From Camelus dromedarius (Eukaryota): 64,000 bases of DNA. Of the stretch, positions 1 to 13,364 are shown piece by piece. A model generated the notes under the pieces. The model was not told where the DNA came from. It saw nothing but the letters and a program-made list of their open reading frames with translations, and did not search any database. Location of the stretch: NCBI RefSeq assembly GCF_036321535.1, contig NC_087437.1, forward strand, positions 17,920,001 to 17,984,000, read 5' to 3'. Position 1 is the stretch's first letter; the number at the start of each line of letters is the position of its first letter. A program made the translations under genes and the position numbers.

Positions 1-123
1 TTTTGTTGAGGGGGTAGGTAATTAGGTTTATTTATTTATTTATTTTTAGAGGAGGTACTGGGGTTGAACCCAGGACCTCATGCATGCTGAGTGTGTACTC
101 TACCACTAAGCTATACCCTCCCC
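1..123 (-). mobile_element. tRNA-Ala-derived SINE (camelid Vic-1 type)
   Basis: Reverse complement reads GGGGAGGGTATAGCTTAGTGGTAGAG...GAGGTCCTGGGTTCAACCCCAGTACCTCC (Pol III A/B boxes), followed by an (AAAT)n-CCTAATTACC tail. Same family as the copies at 2498, 27966 and 33965. Confidence 0.9.
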
Positions 124-489
124 ATGGTTCATTTTCAATATGTTTTCGTGGGCCCTACATCTTTCAGGAAATCTTTCACAGCTTCAGATGTTCCAAGGGA
201 TCTTCTTACTTTGTGGCTATTAGAAGATACACAACCAACATCATACTTCAATACAAAAATGTGTTCTCAAACAAGAATCACTAAATCTTTGAATGAAACC
301 TAATATCAATAGAGCCAGTAACCTCAACAAACGGAGGGGATGTTACGTAAGAAAGTATAATGAATAGAATTATTCAGAATCAGGGCAGTAGATTCATTTA
401 AATTAATTTCCATAAAAATATAATGCTTGTGGATGTACATATGTATACACACCCGTATGTGTGTGAAGTAATCAATTCGAGGTAATAGA

Positions 490-935
490 TATTAAAAATT
501 AGATTGTTGAAGAAATTCAATAGACAGTCTACAGAGAAAAATGCACTTGGCAGAAAAATGATGAATGATCTGGAAGTTTAAGTGGAGGAATCTTACCGGA
601 ATGCAGCAGACATGAATAAATATGTAAAAGTATGAAAACAAAACTAAGAGGTAGGGCCAAAAGATCCAGAAGTTCCATCATCTGAATAAAAAGAGTTCAG
701 AAGAAGAAAATAAAGAAAATGCTAGGGAGTAGATACATGAACGTATAGGTAAAATTTCCAAAAATTGAAAAAAGATGACATAAGCCCATCTGATTAAAGG
801 CTTTGCAAGTGTTAAGCAGAATAAAGGTCAAACACATGCACGCAAACACGCACGCACACATATACACCTATTCACGTCATGGTGAAATTTCAGAACACCA
901 AGAAAAAAGAAGATCCTAAAAGCTTTCACCAAAAA
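490..935 (+). mobile_element. Ancient L1 (L1M-type) ORF1-region relic
   Basis: A-rich, with L1 ORF1 motifs such as GTGAAATTTCAGAACACCAAG...AGAAGATCCTAAAAGC. A homologous stretch lies at 9880-10125. Confidence 0.6.
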
Positions 936-974
936 GTGAAACAGATTGTGTAGAAAGAAACAAGAATAAAAGAG

Positions 975-1275
975 CCAGCAGGCCATACGAGTTAAGAGCT
1001 GGAAGTGTGTGAATCTGAATTCTAGTTCTACCATTTGCAAACAGTGTGACTTCAGACAAGCTCTTTACCCTCTTTGTTCTTCATTTTCCTTATTTGAAAA
1101 GTTGGATAACACCTCCCTCACAGGGTGGCTAAAGGAACAAATGAGTGAATATTTAGAAAGCACATGGAACAACGTCTGACACGCAGGATATATTATTAAA
1201 ATATAATATATAATTATATTCTATATAATTAACGTCTGGCACATAGGATATTCTATATAATTGTTTGTCAAATAA
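975..1275 (+). mobile_element. MIR SINE with local tandem duplication at its 3' end
   Basis: GTTAAGAGC...GTGTGACTTCAGACAAG...TTCATTTTCCTTATTTGAAAAGTTGGATAA matches the MIR core. Confidence 0.75.
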
Positions 1276-2497
1276 AATTGAAATGAGACTTCTTATAAAC
1301 AATTCTGGGTGGAGGGAGGCAGTAAATCAATAATTTCAAAGCTTTAAAGAAAAATACTTTTGAATATAGAACACTATGCCCACCCAAACTATCATTCAAG
1401 AGTGAGCACAAATAAATACATATTCAGAAAGTTAAGGACAAATTCATCATCCACGGACTCTCTGATGGAAAGTTCTCCAGCAGGAAGGATGTGCTTTAAT
1501 AGTATAGGAATTGGAACAGATGTCATACTTAAATATCTTTATCATACAGATAAAAAAAAGTCAACACCCAAAGAGATCAAATGATTTTATAATAATCATG
1601 TAGCTATTAAATGTAAGAGTCAAGATTGAATCCAGATGTCCTGACTATGACACACTAATTTTTTTTCTCCCCTTTTTGTAACAAGAATTCATAGATAATT
1701 AGGTCTGTTAGGGGTTCCAGCTTCTTCTATGACACCAAGATCCTAATGCTGTAGGAATGTAAACGTATAACAAACTCCACAAGGGTTTGAAAATTTTTTT
1801 TAAGTTCTATCAGTGATAAATTGAATGTTTTGTCAAGGGTCTATTCATTGTCAACCTCAGTGTCATCAGCATCTCCATTTTCTTTGTACTAGGGAGCAGT
1901 ACACATTTGCACTAAGCAGTTAAGAATGGTATTGATTAATACGGCTTAAATTACCCAAGTTGCTCCTCCAAGCTCTGATCATTAGTCCTAGGGACACCTG
2001 ACTAGCATTGTTGTTGTTGCTTTATTTGCTTGTTTTTACTATTTACATGGAAGGTTTATTTACTACTTGAATTACTATAGGTAGTTTAGTTAACATATCT
2101 AGCCTCAGTTTGCCCATCTACAATTTGGGGATACCAATGTCTGATTTAACATTATACAGTGAAGGGCAGAGAGGAGTGCTTGCCTCAGCTGGGAACCAGC
2201 CAAATATCTATCCCTCCTCAAACTTTGCCCCCAGGCACAAAAAACTCCTTTCCCAAGAAAGAGATTTCTCGTCTCCCTTTTCCCATTCTTTCCTGCTTCT
2301 GTCCTCTTTCCTTTTTGCTGCTAGAATGTGGGATTTTGTTTATAGGCATTAATAAAAATATTTTATTTAGAGATATTTAAGGCCCCAACCCTTTCTCTTT
2401 ACTCAGAGTTTTCAAAAATACCTAGATCGTCTTGCAAGATGTAAAGAAGAAAATATGAGACATGATCTGAGAATCACATGTATAGAAATAAGGAGTT

Positions 2498-2680
2498 GGA
2501 GGGAGGGTACAGCTCAGTGGTAGAGCGCCTGCCTAGCATGCCTGAGGTCCTGGGTTCAATCCTCAGTACCTCCATCAAAATAAATAAGTAAATAAATAAA
2601 CCTAACTACCTCCCCCCAAAACAAAAACAAAACAAAACAACAAATAAGTAAATAAATAAATAAAATAGTTTGAAAAAAGA
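2498..2680 (+). mobile_element. tRNA-Ala-derived SINE (Vic-1 type)
   Basis: GGGAGGGTACAGCTCAGTGGTAGAGCGCCTGCCTAGCATGCCTGAGGTCCTGGGTTCAATCC head followed by an A-rich tail. Confidence 0.9.
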
Positions 2681-3529
2681 GGAAATTAGAAGTAAATTAA
2701 GACAATGGGGTCTGTTTTATACATTCATATTTTGAGTTCCCGATAAACGTGAAAGTGCTTAGGAACTATAATATGTTCTTCTGGTCTCATGTTAGAAACT
2801 GTTTCAAGATCATTCAGAATAAAGAATCTCCATCCCCAACACAGATAGGAGACCACTATTTAATATTCATATGAGAAATTCACATGGGACACCTTTGACT
2901 GCAGCATCCACACAGGACAGTCACTCGGAAGTGGCTACCTGAGGGAAATCTCCTCTCTTGTGGCACAAATGCACATTCTATTAATGAATGCTCTTTGCTT
3001 TAGAACCAAAGAGAAATCGCAGCTTGGAGTTTTGTTCAGAAAAAGAATGGCTCCTAGGTCTTTCTCCTGTACCTGCATGAATGTGGCATATTTTAAAGAA
3101 AATCTTTCCCTTAAAAATTCCATCTACATGTTGTGCAAAGATTTACTACTCTTAAAGCAAGTTCCCTTGGGCATCTAAAAATGCTAATTCATCTACAAAA
3201 ATCACTTTGCTTGCCCTATTCGCTTTATTTACAAGAATCATCCTAAACAGAATCGGTTATATATTGCAGGGTACATGCAAACCTGGGTTATAAGTTCTTC
3301 TGAATTTAAGCGTTTAAAAAATGAAAGAGAGAAAGAAAGACAGGTTTTGTCCAACACTGGATGCATATTTTCATCACGTCAGCAGAGAGCTTGCCCTTGT
3401 TCTTTCCTTTCCACCCTGCACTAGCTGGTCCTCTACTGCCCCCATGAAGATGCAGGAGGCATGAGGAAAAGAAGCTAACTGGGGCTGCTTAAGACATGTT
3501 GGTGTCCATTTTGAGGATATATTTTCTTA

Positions 3530-6260
3530 CATTTAAAAGTGAGATTCAGATTTTTCACTTTACTTCCTGCTTGAAAATCACTTCCAAATACCAAGGAGAA
3601 AAATTGAATAAGCAAACAGACCTCATTCTCACTGACACTTAGAGTAGAATAAGTAGAGAGGGAAAGCAAATGAGTAAGTAAAAGAAATTACTTAGAGAAG
3701 TGGAAAGGTCAATTTAATTACTTGCAGAGAGTGACTACCACAGAACCCCAGAAAGGTTCAGTAAGTATCATGTACTTCAGAAGACAGAGTGGAGGGGACC
3801 TGAAAAACAGAAGGATTGTTTAGTCTTATAAGAAACAATTAGAATCTCCAAGCTCATATCACTTCATAGTCAAATGATCAGTCCCTTAGAATACAGTCTA
3901 AAATATATAATATTCTAGAAATACAGTGTCTGAAAAATTTGAACAAGAGAACTCCAGATTTGGCTCAGCTAGAATGGAGGTGGTAGAGGGTGAGATGCCA
4001 AACTGAAAATGGGAAGGGAAGATTAAGTGAAAATCACTGAATAGAGAAACTCCTCCCCATGTTCTTTCCCACCCAGTTCCAGAATGCTACCAGCCAGACT
4101 CACACATGTCGGAGAAAGACTGAAGGACTCTTCTCTGAAGAAAGTAAACTATCCCAGAGGCAAGGCCATACTCACACACATAGAACTTTCAATATGCTTT
4201 TAAGAAACTCACTATTAGATATAAGTGGATACCAACATTTTACCATGAAAGTGTGGTCCAAAAATAAAGAAACAAGAGGGAATTTGAAGGAAACAGAGAC
4301 AATGCTAGAAACAGAATAAAACGCCCAAGGAACCATAATTAATGTCCTTAAAGAGAAAATATTACATCCATGATATAAAAGCAACATATTTTGGAAAAGA
4401 ATAATCAGAGAAGGAAATAGCTCTTCAAAATTACATATATGATTAGTCAAAATTAAAAAGTTAGTAAAATGATCAGAAGTAGAATACAAAAGAAGAAAGA
4501 GGAAAAATAGATGTGAAAAGAAAAGAAAATGAGAAAAATCACTTCTGGAGTTTTAATATACAACTAAGAAGAATTTAAAGAAAAGAGAACAAATAATATG
4601 GTAGAGAGGAAATTCTTTTTTTTGTTAAATACCAGAGAGTATCTAAGAACTAAAGAACATGAGTTTTTAGATTAAAAGAGCCTGCTCAGTACTTGCCCAA
4701 TGACCAAAATAAAACTCATTCCAGACTACATTATTAAAATTTAAGAACATATAGAGAAGAACCAAAGAATTTCCAAAGAGAAAAAGCAGATTACCTACAA
4801 AGAATCAAGCAAAAGAAGCCATGGGCCTTCTCAACAGCAACTGATTGAATATCGTTTTCAACACAGAATTCTATACCTAGCCAAAATATCAAGGATGAGT
4901 AAAGATAGAATGAATATATTTACACACAGGCAAAGCATCAAATTTTTAATATTTTATGAAGCCTTTCTCTGGTGGGCATGCTCTGACAAAATGAAGAAAA
5001 GATATGGGAAAATATGGGATCCTGGAAACGCATTAGCTAATATAAAAACATGAATATGGTAGTATAGAAATTGCCAGAATGTACAACAGGACAACAGAGG
5101 AACCAGTCCAGGGTAAGCTGGAAAACAGAGGCTTTCAGGTAGGATGTCTCATCTTTAGGTAGGATGTAGGTTTCAGGTAGGTGTCAGGTAGGATGAGCAA
5201 AGAAATGATCTAAAAATTTTACCATATGGAGAGTTGTATTGAGAGACTGAGTTGCAGGGTGTTGGAAAACACAGCTATTAAGACAAAGAATTCAGCCATA
5301 AAAAACGACAACGTAACGCCATTTGCAGCAACGTGGATGTACCTGGAGGATGTCATTCTAAGTGAAGTAAGCCAAAAAGAGAAAGAAAAATACCATATGA
5401 GATCGCTCATATGTGGAATCTAAAAAATAAAAAAAAAAAGAACATAAATACAAAACAGAAACAGACTCATAGACATAGAATACAAACTTGTGGTTGCCAA
5501 GGGGGAGAAGGGTTGGAAGGGACAGACTGGGAGTTCAAAATCTGTAGATACTGACAGGCATATGCAGAATAGATAAACAAGATTATACTGTATAACGCAG
5601 GGAAATATATACAAGATCTTGCTGTAGCTCACAGCAAAAATAAAAAAGTGGCAATGAATATATGCAAGTTCATGTATAACTGAAAAATCGTGCTCTACAC
5701 TGGAATTCGACACATTGTAAAATGACTATAACTCAATAAAAAATGTTTTTAAAAAAAGACAAAGAAAATTAAGCAAAAGAAAAAACAAGACAATAACTAA
5801 TTTCAAGAAAAATTAGAAGTCATACAAAAAAGGGAAAGTACACTATACACCAAAATATACTATAACACTATAATACACCATAATACTCTGCCTGGCAAAG
5901 CAAGGAAGAGCATTTCCATAGCTGTAATAATAGAAACCCTGACTAAGTATTTAACTGAAAATTGTGATACCCATATACAGGGAAGAAAGGGAGTGGTTAA
6001 TGGGGATATTTGACCATCCTAAAATCTTCATCTACTGTAATAAAAATTCAATGTGTAAATGTGATGAAAAGTGATGAAACAAGGAATTTTTGCAGATATA
6101 TGGTTATATATAAATACCATAAAAAGAAGCTAGAAATTTACAGGACAGAGGAGGAAGGTGGAAGAGAGGGGCGGGTCACTGCTAGTTTTTGTTATAAGAT
6201 TTTTAGCACTATTTGACTATTTAAGGTAATATACTGATAAACCTAAAAGTTAGCTTTGGG
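3530..6260 (+). mobile_element. Ancient degraded L1 (5' region/ORF1 and 3'-end relics), interrupted by a younger L1
   Basis: Long A-rich stretch with an L1 ORF1 motif (AGAATTCTATACCTAGCCAAAATATC) and an L1ME-like 3' end. No intact ORF. Confidence 0.6.
5291..5755 (+). mobile_element. Young 5'-truncated L1 (ORF2 C-terminus + 3'UTR + A tail)
   Basis: Translation SAIKNDNVTPFAATWMYLEDVILSEVSQKEKEKYHMRSLICGI* is the L1 ORF2p C-terminus. AATAAA and A tail are present. Perfect 11-bp TSD AAGACAAAGAA at 5280-5290 and 5756-5766. Confidence 0.93.
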
Positions 6261-7131
6261 TGATAAACACATTTTTTTTACTCTTTTTTTTATACTGACT
6301 TTTTCAGATTTCAAAAGAAATGCAAGCTTATTGAAGATTTGGAAGATACATAATAATTTAGAAAAGGAAATTAAAAACTATCCATCCAGTGTCATCTATC
6401 ACTAGCCATTCTTTATTCCTATGTGTTTTATTTTATCCAACATAAGCCATTCTCTGAATACAATTTATATCTTTTCTAGCTTGATATTTCATAATCAGAG
6501 GTTTTCATAGCTTTGGACATTTTTCATAAACATTTTTATTATCTGCATAATAGCCCATCTGATAATATGACAAAATTTAACTAATGCCATATTTTGGGAT
6601 ATGTCTTTTTTTTTAATTTCCCAGTTAAAATAATGCTATTTTAAATATATTTGTTCATTGATTTTTTTCCCCCAGTGCTTTATTATCTTTCCCTAGAAAG
6701 AATTCCTGTAAATAAAATTCCTAGGCCAAACAGTGAAAACATTGTGGAGGCATTTGGCACAAGTCATTAAATTATTCTCCAGAGTCTTCTAACTCATACT
6801 GTCACCAGCAAAATACAAGACTATTTCATTTCGATGTCATCCTGCTGACATTGGATTTTCTCATTGTAAAAAAATAGTTTTAAACTAAAACCAAAGTGAA
6901 ATGGAGCAGTTGTTCCCAAAATCTTGGATTTTTTTCAAAAATTTTCTAACTTGATGACAGGAATATTTGTCCCTAAGAGAAGTCTCATAGAAACTAGAAG
7001 ATACTGGCCATTTCCCCCACTGTTCATATCCTCTTGGTTGTCTGTGTATAGAACCAACAGCTGGTGAGGTAATTCCAAGGAGGAAAACTGAAACAAGAAC
7101 TAAATCATACTATTTCAATATAAGAAATTTT

Positions 7132-7270
7132 TGTGCTAATGGAAGTGTTAGCTAATGCTATGGTGGCAATCATTTTGCAGTGTATAAGCATATCAAATCA
7201 ATACCTTGTATGCCTTAAATTTACACAATGTGATATGTCAATTACATCGCAATAAATCGGGAGAAAAAAA
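7132..7270 (+). mobile_element. L1 3'-end fragment (L1MA/MB-type)
   Basis: CCTTAAATTTACACAATGTGATATGTCAATTACATCGCAATAAA followed by an A tail. Flanked by AAGAAATTTT-like repeats. Confidence 0.8.
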
Positions 7271-7439
7271 GAAAATTTTCGTCCTATAAAGACATTTTGA
7301 ATCATGAAATTAAGTGATAAATGTATTTGTAGAGACCAAAATACTCACTAATATTTTTCCTAAGATAGTCCATTTCAGTTAATGAGGACTTTGCCAACAC
7401 TACAGAAACACCCGCTTCTATGGAACTAGGGGCCAGTGA

Positions 7440-7680
7440 AATAAATAACAGTAGCTAACATGTTGTCTAAGTCTTAACATGGAGTCTAAGTCTTCCTAGA
7501 CACCACACACTTCATTTGCAATATCTAATTTAACCCACACATGGAGCCCTACTGGCTTAGAAGTATTCTCATTTTACAAATGAGGAAATTGATCATGTGA
7601 GAACCTAACGTGCTCAAGGCCACGGAGCCTTTATGACTTGAGGGGCAGCAATCTTCATGAGGGCACTGCCAGCTCAGACC
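7440..7680 (-). mobile_element. MIR SINE
   Basis: CTCATTTTACAAATGAGGAAATTGA core in reverse orientation. Confidence 0.7.
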
Positions 7681-8649
7681 CCTTGGTCCTCACCTTGGCG
7701 AACAACCACAAGTCAGAAAGTAAGCTGAGAAGCCTTTGTGCTTCCCAGCTACACACTGAAAGTAGTGAACACACCTATAGCCTTATTAGTTTGAAGATGG
7801 ATCTGCACATTAGAAACTTCAAAAAAAAGAAAAAACTTTGCTCAGGGCAATTAGAGATGCACAGTGAAAAAAAGATGAGTAGGGGGAAAGACCATCTAGA
7901 GAAACCAAGTGATGGCAAAGAAGGATTCTGCTTATGAAGACAGAGTCTAGACTGCGAGGTGAAGTTGCAGGTGAGAAAAATCCAGTTCAATATATGTTAG
8001 CTGGTTTCTAATTACATTTTAAACCTTAAAGAATGATACAGTTAAAAGTTATTATTAACAAGAGCTTCTCAACAATAAAGCAGCTTCTCTCCTAAGGTAA
8101 TAAATAAAAATTAATTGCTGATAATTCTTTTGACAGAGATCTACCTTCACACACTTGGGCTGCATGTATATTAAAGGCATTGCCAGCCTTGGAGAGTAAC
8201 CAACATCATTTAATTTCTGTCACTGCCCAGCATCCACCAATGGGTGCCGAGCTACTATATCCAATAACTCCTCCCCCGCCACATCCTCCCAACAGTCATC
8301 CTCATCCAAATGGGCATCAGTCCTGCTAGACTGACCCCAGGACAATCCATGCCCCACTCACACACCCCAAATATTCTTAGAATTTATGATGTTTTCTTTT
8401 TCCAAATACAGTACATTATATATGCAGGAAAATATAACAACCCCCTTTAGACCCTCTACCAAATTTTGTCAAATCTTATTTTGCTATTTTTTAAAAGACA
8501 TAACACATTTTGGATACAATTAGAGCCATCTATGAACCTCTCCTTGTTCCCCAGGGTTAAAAACCATCCTGAACTCGGTTCTCACCATCCCCTTGCAAGT
8601 GTGATTACGTGTATATTTTTCATTTTATATCCATAGGCATTAATTGATC

Positions 8650-8755
8650 TGTATTAGTTTCTGAGGGCTACTGTAACAAAGTCTCATAAACTTGGTGGCT
8701 GAGGACAACAGAAATTTATTTTCTCACAGTTCTGGAGGCTTGAAGTCCAAAATTT
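8650..8755 (-). mobile_element. MaLR (MLT1) LTR fragment
   Basis: TGTATTAGTTTCTGAGGGCTACTGTAACAAA...AACAACAGAAATTTATTTTCTCACAGTTCTGGAGGC is the typical MLT1 terminus. Confidence 0.8.
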
Positions 8756-9179
8756 GATAATGTTATACAGCCAGGTTCCATACATCTTTTGTTGCATAAA
8801 TTCAGGTTTTTTGTTTTGTTATTTTTTAGGTGTTATACTTTAAAATTCCATTTTGTATTTTTGTAACTGACAGGAACACCGTGATTTGTGTGTATTGATC
8901 TTATATCCAACAACTTTACTGGACTCTTAAGTTCAATAGTTTGCAAGTTTGTAGACTGTGAATGTAGAAATCACATTGTCTGCAGCAAGAACTTCTGTTA
9001 TACTGTGGAGTGGAGCATCTTTGTCTGTTTAAAAGAAATATGCCTAACTTTTTGCCATAAAAAAAGAATGTTTTATGCTTTGAGTTTCTTTGGAATTCTT
9101 TCTTTGATGTTTTCAGATTTTAATCTACTTTTTCTTTTTATTGTAAGTGGCCTCAAAATCCCTATCAATGTACAAATAT

Positions 9180-9720
9180 GCTGCATTATATTCCTTAAGC
9201 CAACATTCCACTCTACCTGTTCCCCATTTCTCACTTCTCTTTATGGTAAATTCTTTTAAAAGTTGTCTATATTCACTGTGTCCATTCGTTCTTAGCATAG
9301 ATTCTCTTGAACGCATTTCAATCAGGTTTTTATTTTGCCACTCCACTGAAAGTGCTCCGGTCAATATTACCAATAACCTCTAGCTGGCCAAATAAAATTC
9401 AGGTCTCTTTGACATTTTTGCCACCTGGCTTCGGAGACACTACATTCTCCTGGCAATGGCCCCTTCTTCTTGCTCTCCTTAGCTTGATCCTCCCCTTTTA
9501 CTCTAAACTATGGGATGTTGCAGGGTTCAGTCCTGGTCTCCATTTACTCCCACACCCTTGGTAGGTAATTTCAGTCTGTCTCCTGACTTTAACAACTAAC
9601 TCTACGCTGATGACTTTTCCAAGTGTTAATCTCCAGCCCAGCTGGCCCCCTAAATTTCAGACTTACGTATCCACCTGCCCACTTGACATCTTTGCTCAGA
9701 TACCTAATAGGAAACTCATA
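9180..9720 (+). mobile_element. L2 LINE ORF2 relic
   Basis: CTCCACTGAAAGTGCTC motif, CTCTACGCTGATGAC (LYADD reverse-transcriptase motif) and CCACCTGCCCACTTGACATC. Confidence 0.75.
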
Positions 9721-9879
9721 TTAGAATAATTTTAGATTCACAGAATAGTGATAGAGATAATACAAAAGGTCTGAGTTTATCCCACACACAATTTCCCCTA
9801 ATATTAATATCTTACATATATCTTTCGTTAGATTTATTCCTGGGTGATTTATCTACTTTGCTGCTGTGACAAATGGTGA

Positions 9880-10125
9880 AACATAGAATGTTAATTCAGG
9901 TGGTTCAGGAACCAAATAATAAAGTTCTCCAAAAATGAGAACAGAAAAAACAAAGGAAAGGAAATAACTGAAAAATCAAATTTCTAACAGCTGAGGAGAC
10001 AACAATCTTTAAATTGCAAGAGCCCACTCAGTGCTGAGCAAGATGAATGAAAAACAGAATCTCACCTAGACACTTCCTTGTGAAATTCAGAACACCAAAG
10101 GAAAGAGAAGATCTTAAAAGCTGTG
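9880..10125 (+). mobile_element. Ancient L1 ORF1 relic
   Basis: CACCTAGACAC...GTGAAATTCAGAACACCAAAG...AGAAGATCTTAAAAGC. Confidence 0.6.
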
Positions 10126-10199
10126 TAAGATTGTTTGCTGTAAAATGTGTTATCCTGGAAAGCAGCTTCTACACATAACTCAGAGTCTCTGTGTTGAGT

Positions 10200-10805
10200 T
10201 TTTCCTTCTAAAAACATGATCTCCTTTTATGCCCACAGTAGTTCTGAAGTGTTCTTGTGTAGGTCTTGCATATTTCCTGCTAAATTTATTCCTAGGTGGT
10301 TTATATTTTGCTATTATAGATGGATTCTTTTTCTCATATTTTTCTGGTCACCACTGGTGTGGGAAAGCTATTTATTTTCATTTCCATTTATCCATATACT
10401 GGTCACATGCTCAACTGGTATTATTTCGATAGGCTATTAGTCTAATCTGTAGTGTTTCCTGTTAGATGATTACATCGTCTGCAAACAATGATAATGTTGT
10501 CTTTCTTAGCTCTCTTGTTGCTTTTTCTTTTCTTATTACTCTGGCTGGAACATTCAACAAATTTGGAATAATAGCAATACTAATAAGTACCTTATCATTT
10601 TCTACTTCATTCTTAAGATGACAAGTGCTTTTGATTTCAGAAAGTATTTCTATCATCACACAGAAATAACTGATATTGAAGCTTACCATGTCTTTTGCAT
10701 TAATTGAGATGATCTACTTTAACTTTTAATGTGATGAATTTCATCAAAATATTCCAACTATTGAATCATCTTTACATTCCTGGTATAAATCCTACTTAGT
10801 TAAGG
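10200..10805 (-). mobile_element. L1 ORF2 (RT domain) relic
   Basis: Minus-strand ORF ends ...ARVIRKEK...LSLFADDVII, the L1 RT FADD motif. Confidence 0.8.
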
Positions 10806-10807
10806 TT

Positions 10808-11184
10808 TGCTATGGACTGGATTATGTCCTCCTCAAATTCGTAGGTTGAAGCCCTAACCTCCAAAGTGGTGGTACATGGATATGGGGCCTTTGGGAGCTG
10901 ATTAGATTTAGGTAAGATTGGAAGTGTGGGGCCCTCATGTTGGTATTTGTGCCCTTATCAGAAAAAATGCTACAGAGCTTGCTCACTTTGTCTCCCTGCC
11001 ACGTGAGGACACATCAAGGAGATGGTTGTCTGTAAGACAAGAAGTGAGCACTCACCAGAAACAGACCGTGCTGGCACCTTGATCTTGGACTTTGAGCTTC
11101 TAGAACTGTGAGAAAATAAATCTCTGTTGTTTAAGCCATCCAATCTATGGTATTTTGCTATGGAAGCCTCAGCTGACTAAGACA
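10808..11184 (+). mobile_element. MaLR solo LTR (MLT1A/B-like)
   Basis: TGCTATGG...GACA termini, CTGGCACCTTGATCTTGGACTT, and AATAAATCTCTGTTGTTTAAGCCA. Confidence 0.88.
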
Positions 11185-11494
11185 GAGGTCCTCCTGCCTG
11201 ACTGCCTTGAGCTGGGATGTCAGTCTTCTGCCATCAGACTCTAGCTGAAATATTGGCTTCTCTTGGGTCCAAGTCTGCCAGCCAACTTTCAGACTAGACT
11301 ATACTATCAGCTTTCCTGGGTCTCCAGCTTGCCGACTGCAGTTACAGGGACTTGTTAACCTCCATGATTGCATGAGCCAATCCCTTCTTGATAAATCTGT
11401 GTGTGTATGTGTGTGCACGTGTGCGTGTGCATGTGCGTGTGTGTGTATCCTGTTAGTTCTGCTTCTGTTTCTCTGGAGAACCTTAACTCATACA
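11185..11494 (+). mobile_element. ERVL LTR 3' part (MLT2-like) with imperfect (TG)n
   Basis: CTTTCCTGGGTCTCCAGCTTGC...CTGTTTCTCTGGAGAACCTTAACTCATACA terminus. Confidence 0.8.
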
Positions 11495-13008
11495 TGGTGT
11501 GTTGCTCTCGTAATATATTCCTGAATCTATCTGCCAGAGGTATATTTCTACACACTGTTACCTGCTATTGTTCTGTAGTTTTTGTATTTATGTATACCAC
11601 TTTTAGCATGAGGCTTTGGCATTGGGTTCATGTTAACCTTGTAAAATTAATTGAAAATTTCACCCTTTTTTCTTTGCTTGAAGCAGTTTAAATAGCAAAG
11701 AAAGTGGAATATGTTTCTTGCAAGTGTGCTGTAATTTTCTTTAAAAATCGTCTGGGCCTAGCATGCTTATTATGAATAATTCTGTGACAATTTATTATTA
11801 TTATTATTTCTTCTATGGTATTCCGATTTTTAAAAAGAGAGAAAGGGGCTTCCAGTGCTGCTGGTGCTGCTCTCTGTCTTTCTTCCTTCTTCTCGCCTTG
11901 AAGGCAGAGTAGCTCTCTGGGTCTTTAGCAACCAACTTGTCACCATGAAGTAATATGCATGGAAATAAAAACTTGGAAGATTCGGGTATGTTCTCAATGG
12001 TGTTTTTAGCAGCACAACAAATGTCAACAGCTACTCACCTCCAGATTTACTGTTAGGTTAGAAGATAAAAGTTGTTTTTGTTTCAGTCACTGTTACGACT
12101 TTCTATACTTGTAATTTACCACATTTCTAATTAATAAAATTTCCATCTTAAACATACACTTAAAATGGTTTATCCACTATAAATATAACTGTAGTTGATT
12201 TTGGAAAAGTAGAAAAATTAAGTCTATGTAATTCTGAAATACTTTTTCTGTGTTTTGCTCAGTTCACAATAAAGAATAAAAGAAGAGCACAAAATAAAAC
12301 AAAGACAATCCTCCTGTTTTCATCTGATTTTCCTTGATAATGAAAAGGAAAACTTTTTTTTTTTAGTTTTGCTACCAAATGTTCAAAACTTAGTCTCTTT
12401 TCAATCTTCAAATGTTCACTGTCCATAGAGCCTGGACCCAAGGAATGGTTTTCTGTGTTTTCTGACTAAACAAGTAAATGGAGAGGCTGCATCTGAAGAA
12501 GGGACAGAGGCTCCTCCCTCCTTACAGGCAGCAGAAGTTGCACATTCACTAGAGGCATGAACTTTTGGCAGAAACACAGTGGAAAGCCCGTGGTTTTCTG
12601 AACAGACACACCAGACCAAGGACATTTAAAGTCAAACATTTTCATATCTGATCATTCCCCCAAAACTACTCTCTCTGACCTGTCCCCTAAAATGTATTAT
12701 TGCAATCCTTACTATTCAAGATTAAGGATAGTTTTTGACTCTTCTCTTCATTTTTAAAGTTCTTACTTTCATTAAGTTTGTACCATTTTGCAGGCACTGT
12801 GCTGACAACGAGGATACACTATCAAGTAAGATATGAGTAGTAATTTAAAAATCAGTGATAGAGAAAATAATCAAATGGAAATTAACCTGAAAGTTAAATA
12901 GAACATAAATCCTGCCCTAAGGACCTACCTGGGGAAAACAGACAAAGGAAATGAATAATTATAGTTAAATATAACAAATGATATGACAAAGGTCTGTGTG
13001 CACTAAGG

Positions 13009-13180
13009 CAGTAGTTCTCAAGTTTTGCCTCCTATTTGAATCACCCAGAGGGTTTTTAAAAGTTCCAGTGCACAAGCCACACTAACGAAAATTTTAGGTC
13101 TGAGACATAGGCATTAGCTTTCTTTTTTTTTCCAGACTTTTCAGATGATTTCAATATGCACCCAAGTTTGAGGACTAGTG
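13009..13180. mobile_element. hAT-Charlie MITE (MER5-like)
   Basis: TIRs CAGTAGTTCTCAA / TTGAGGACTAGTG. Degenerate 8-bp TSD CACTAAGG / CACTAGTG. Confidence 0.8.
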
Positions 13181-13364
13181 CACTAGTGGCAATCCCAGCA
13201 AAATCAGGAACACGATTAAGAGGTGTTCTTGCAACATTATTATTTAAAATTAATATAAAATTTATGTCCAATGCAACAAGACATGAATTGGAAATTATCA
13301 GAGCTGATATCGCTGTCAACTGTAAGAGCAAAGAGAACTGATGAACTATTAAAATTAGTATGAT

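Noticed and set aside
660..935. Similarity to 9880-10125 suggesting segmental duplication
   Set aside because: Both are independent relics of L1 ORF1.
2498..2575. tRNA-Ala gene (also at 1-123, 27966 and 33965)
   Set aside because: Imperfect cloverleaf followed by SINE A-rich tails, with a clear TSD on the 27966 copy. These are retroposed SINEs.
12416..12625. ATG-initiated 69-aa ORF in apparently unique sequence
   Set aside because: No recognisable homology or exon context, and the length is expected by chance.
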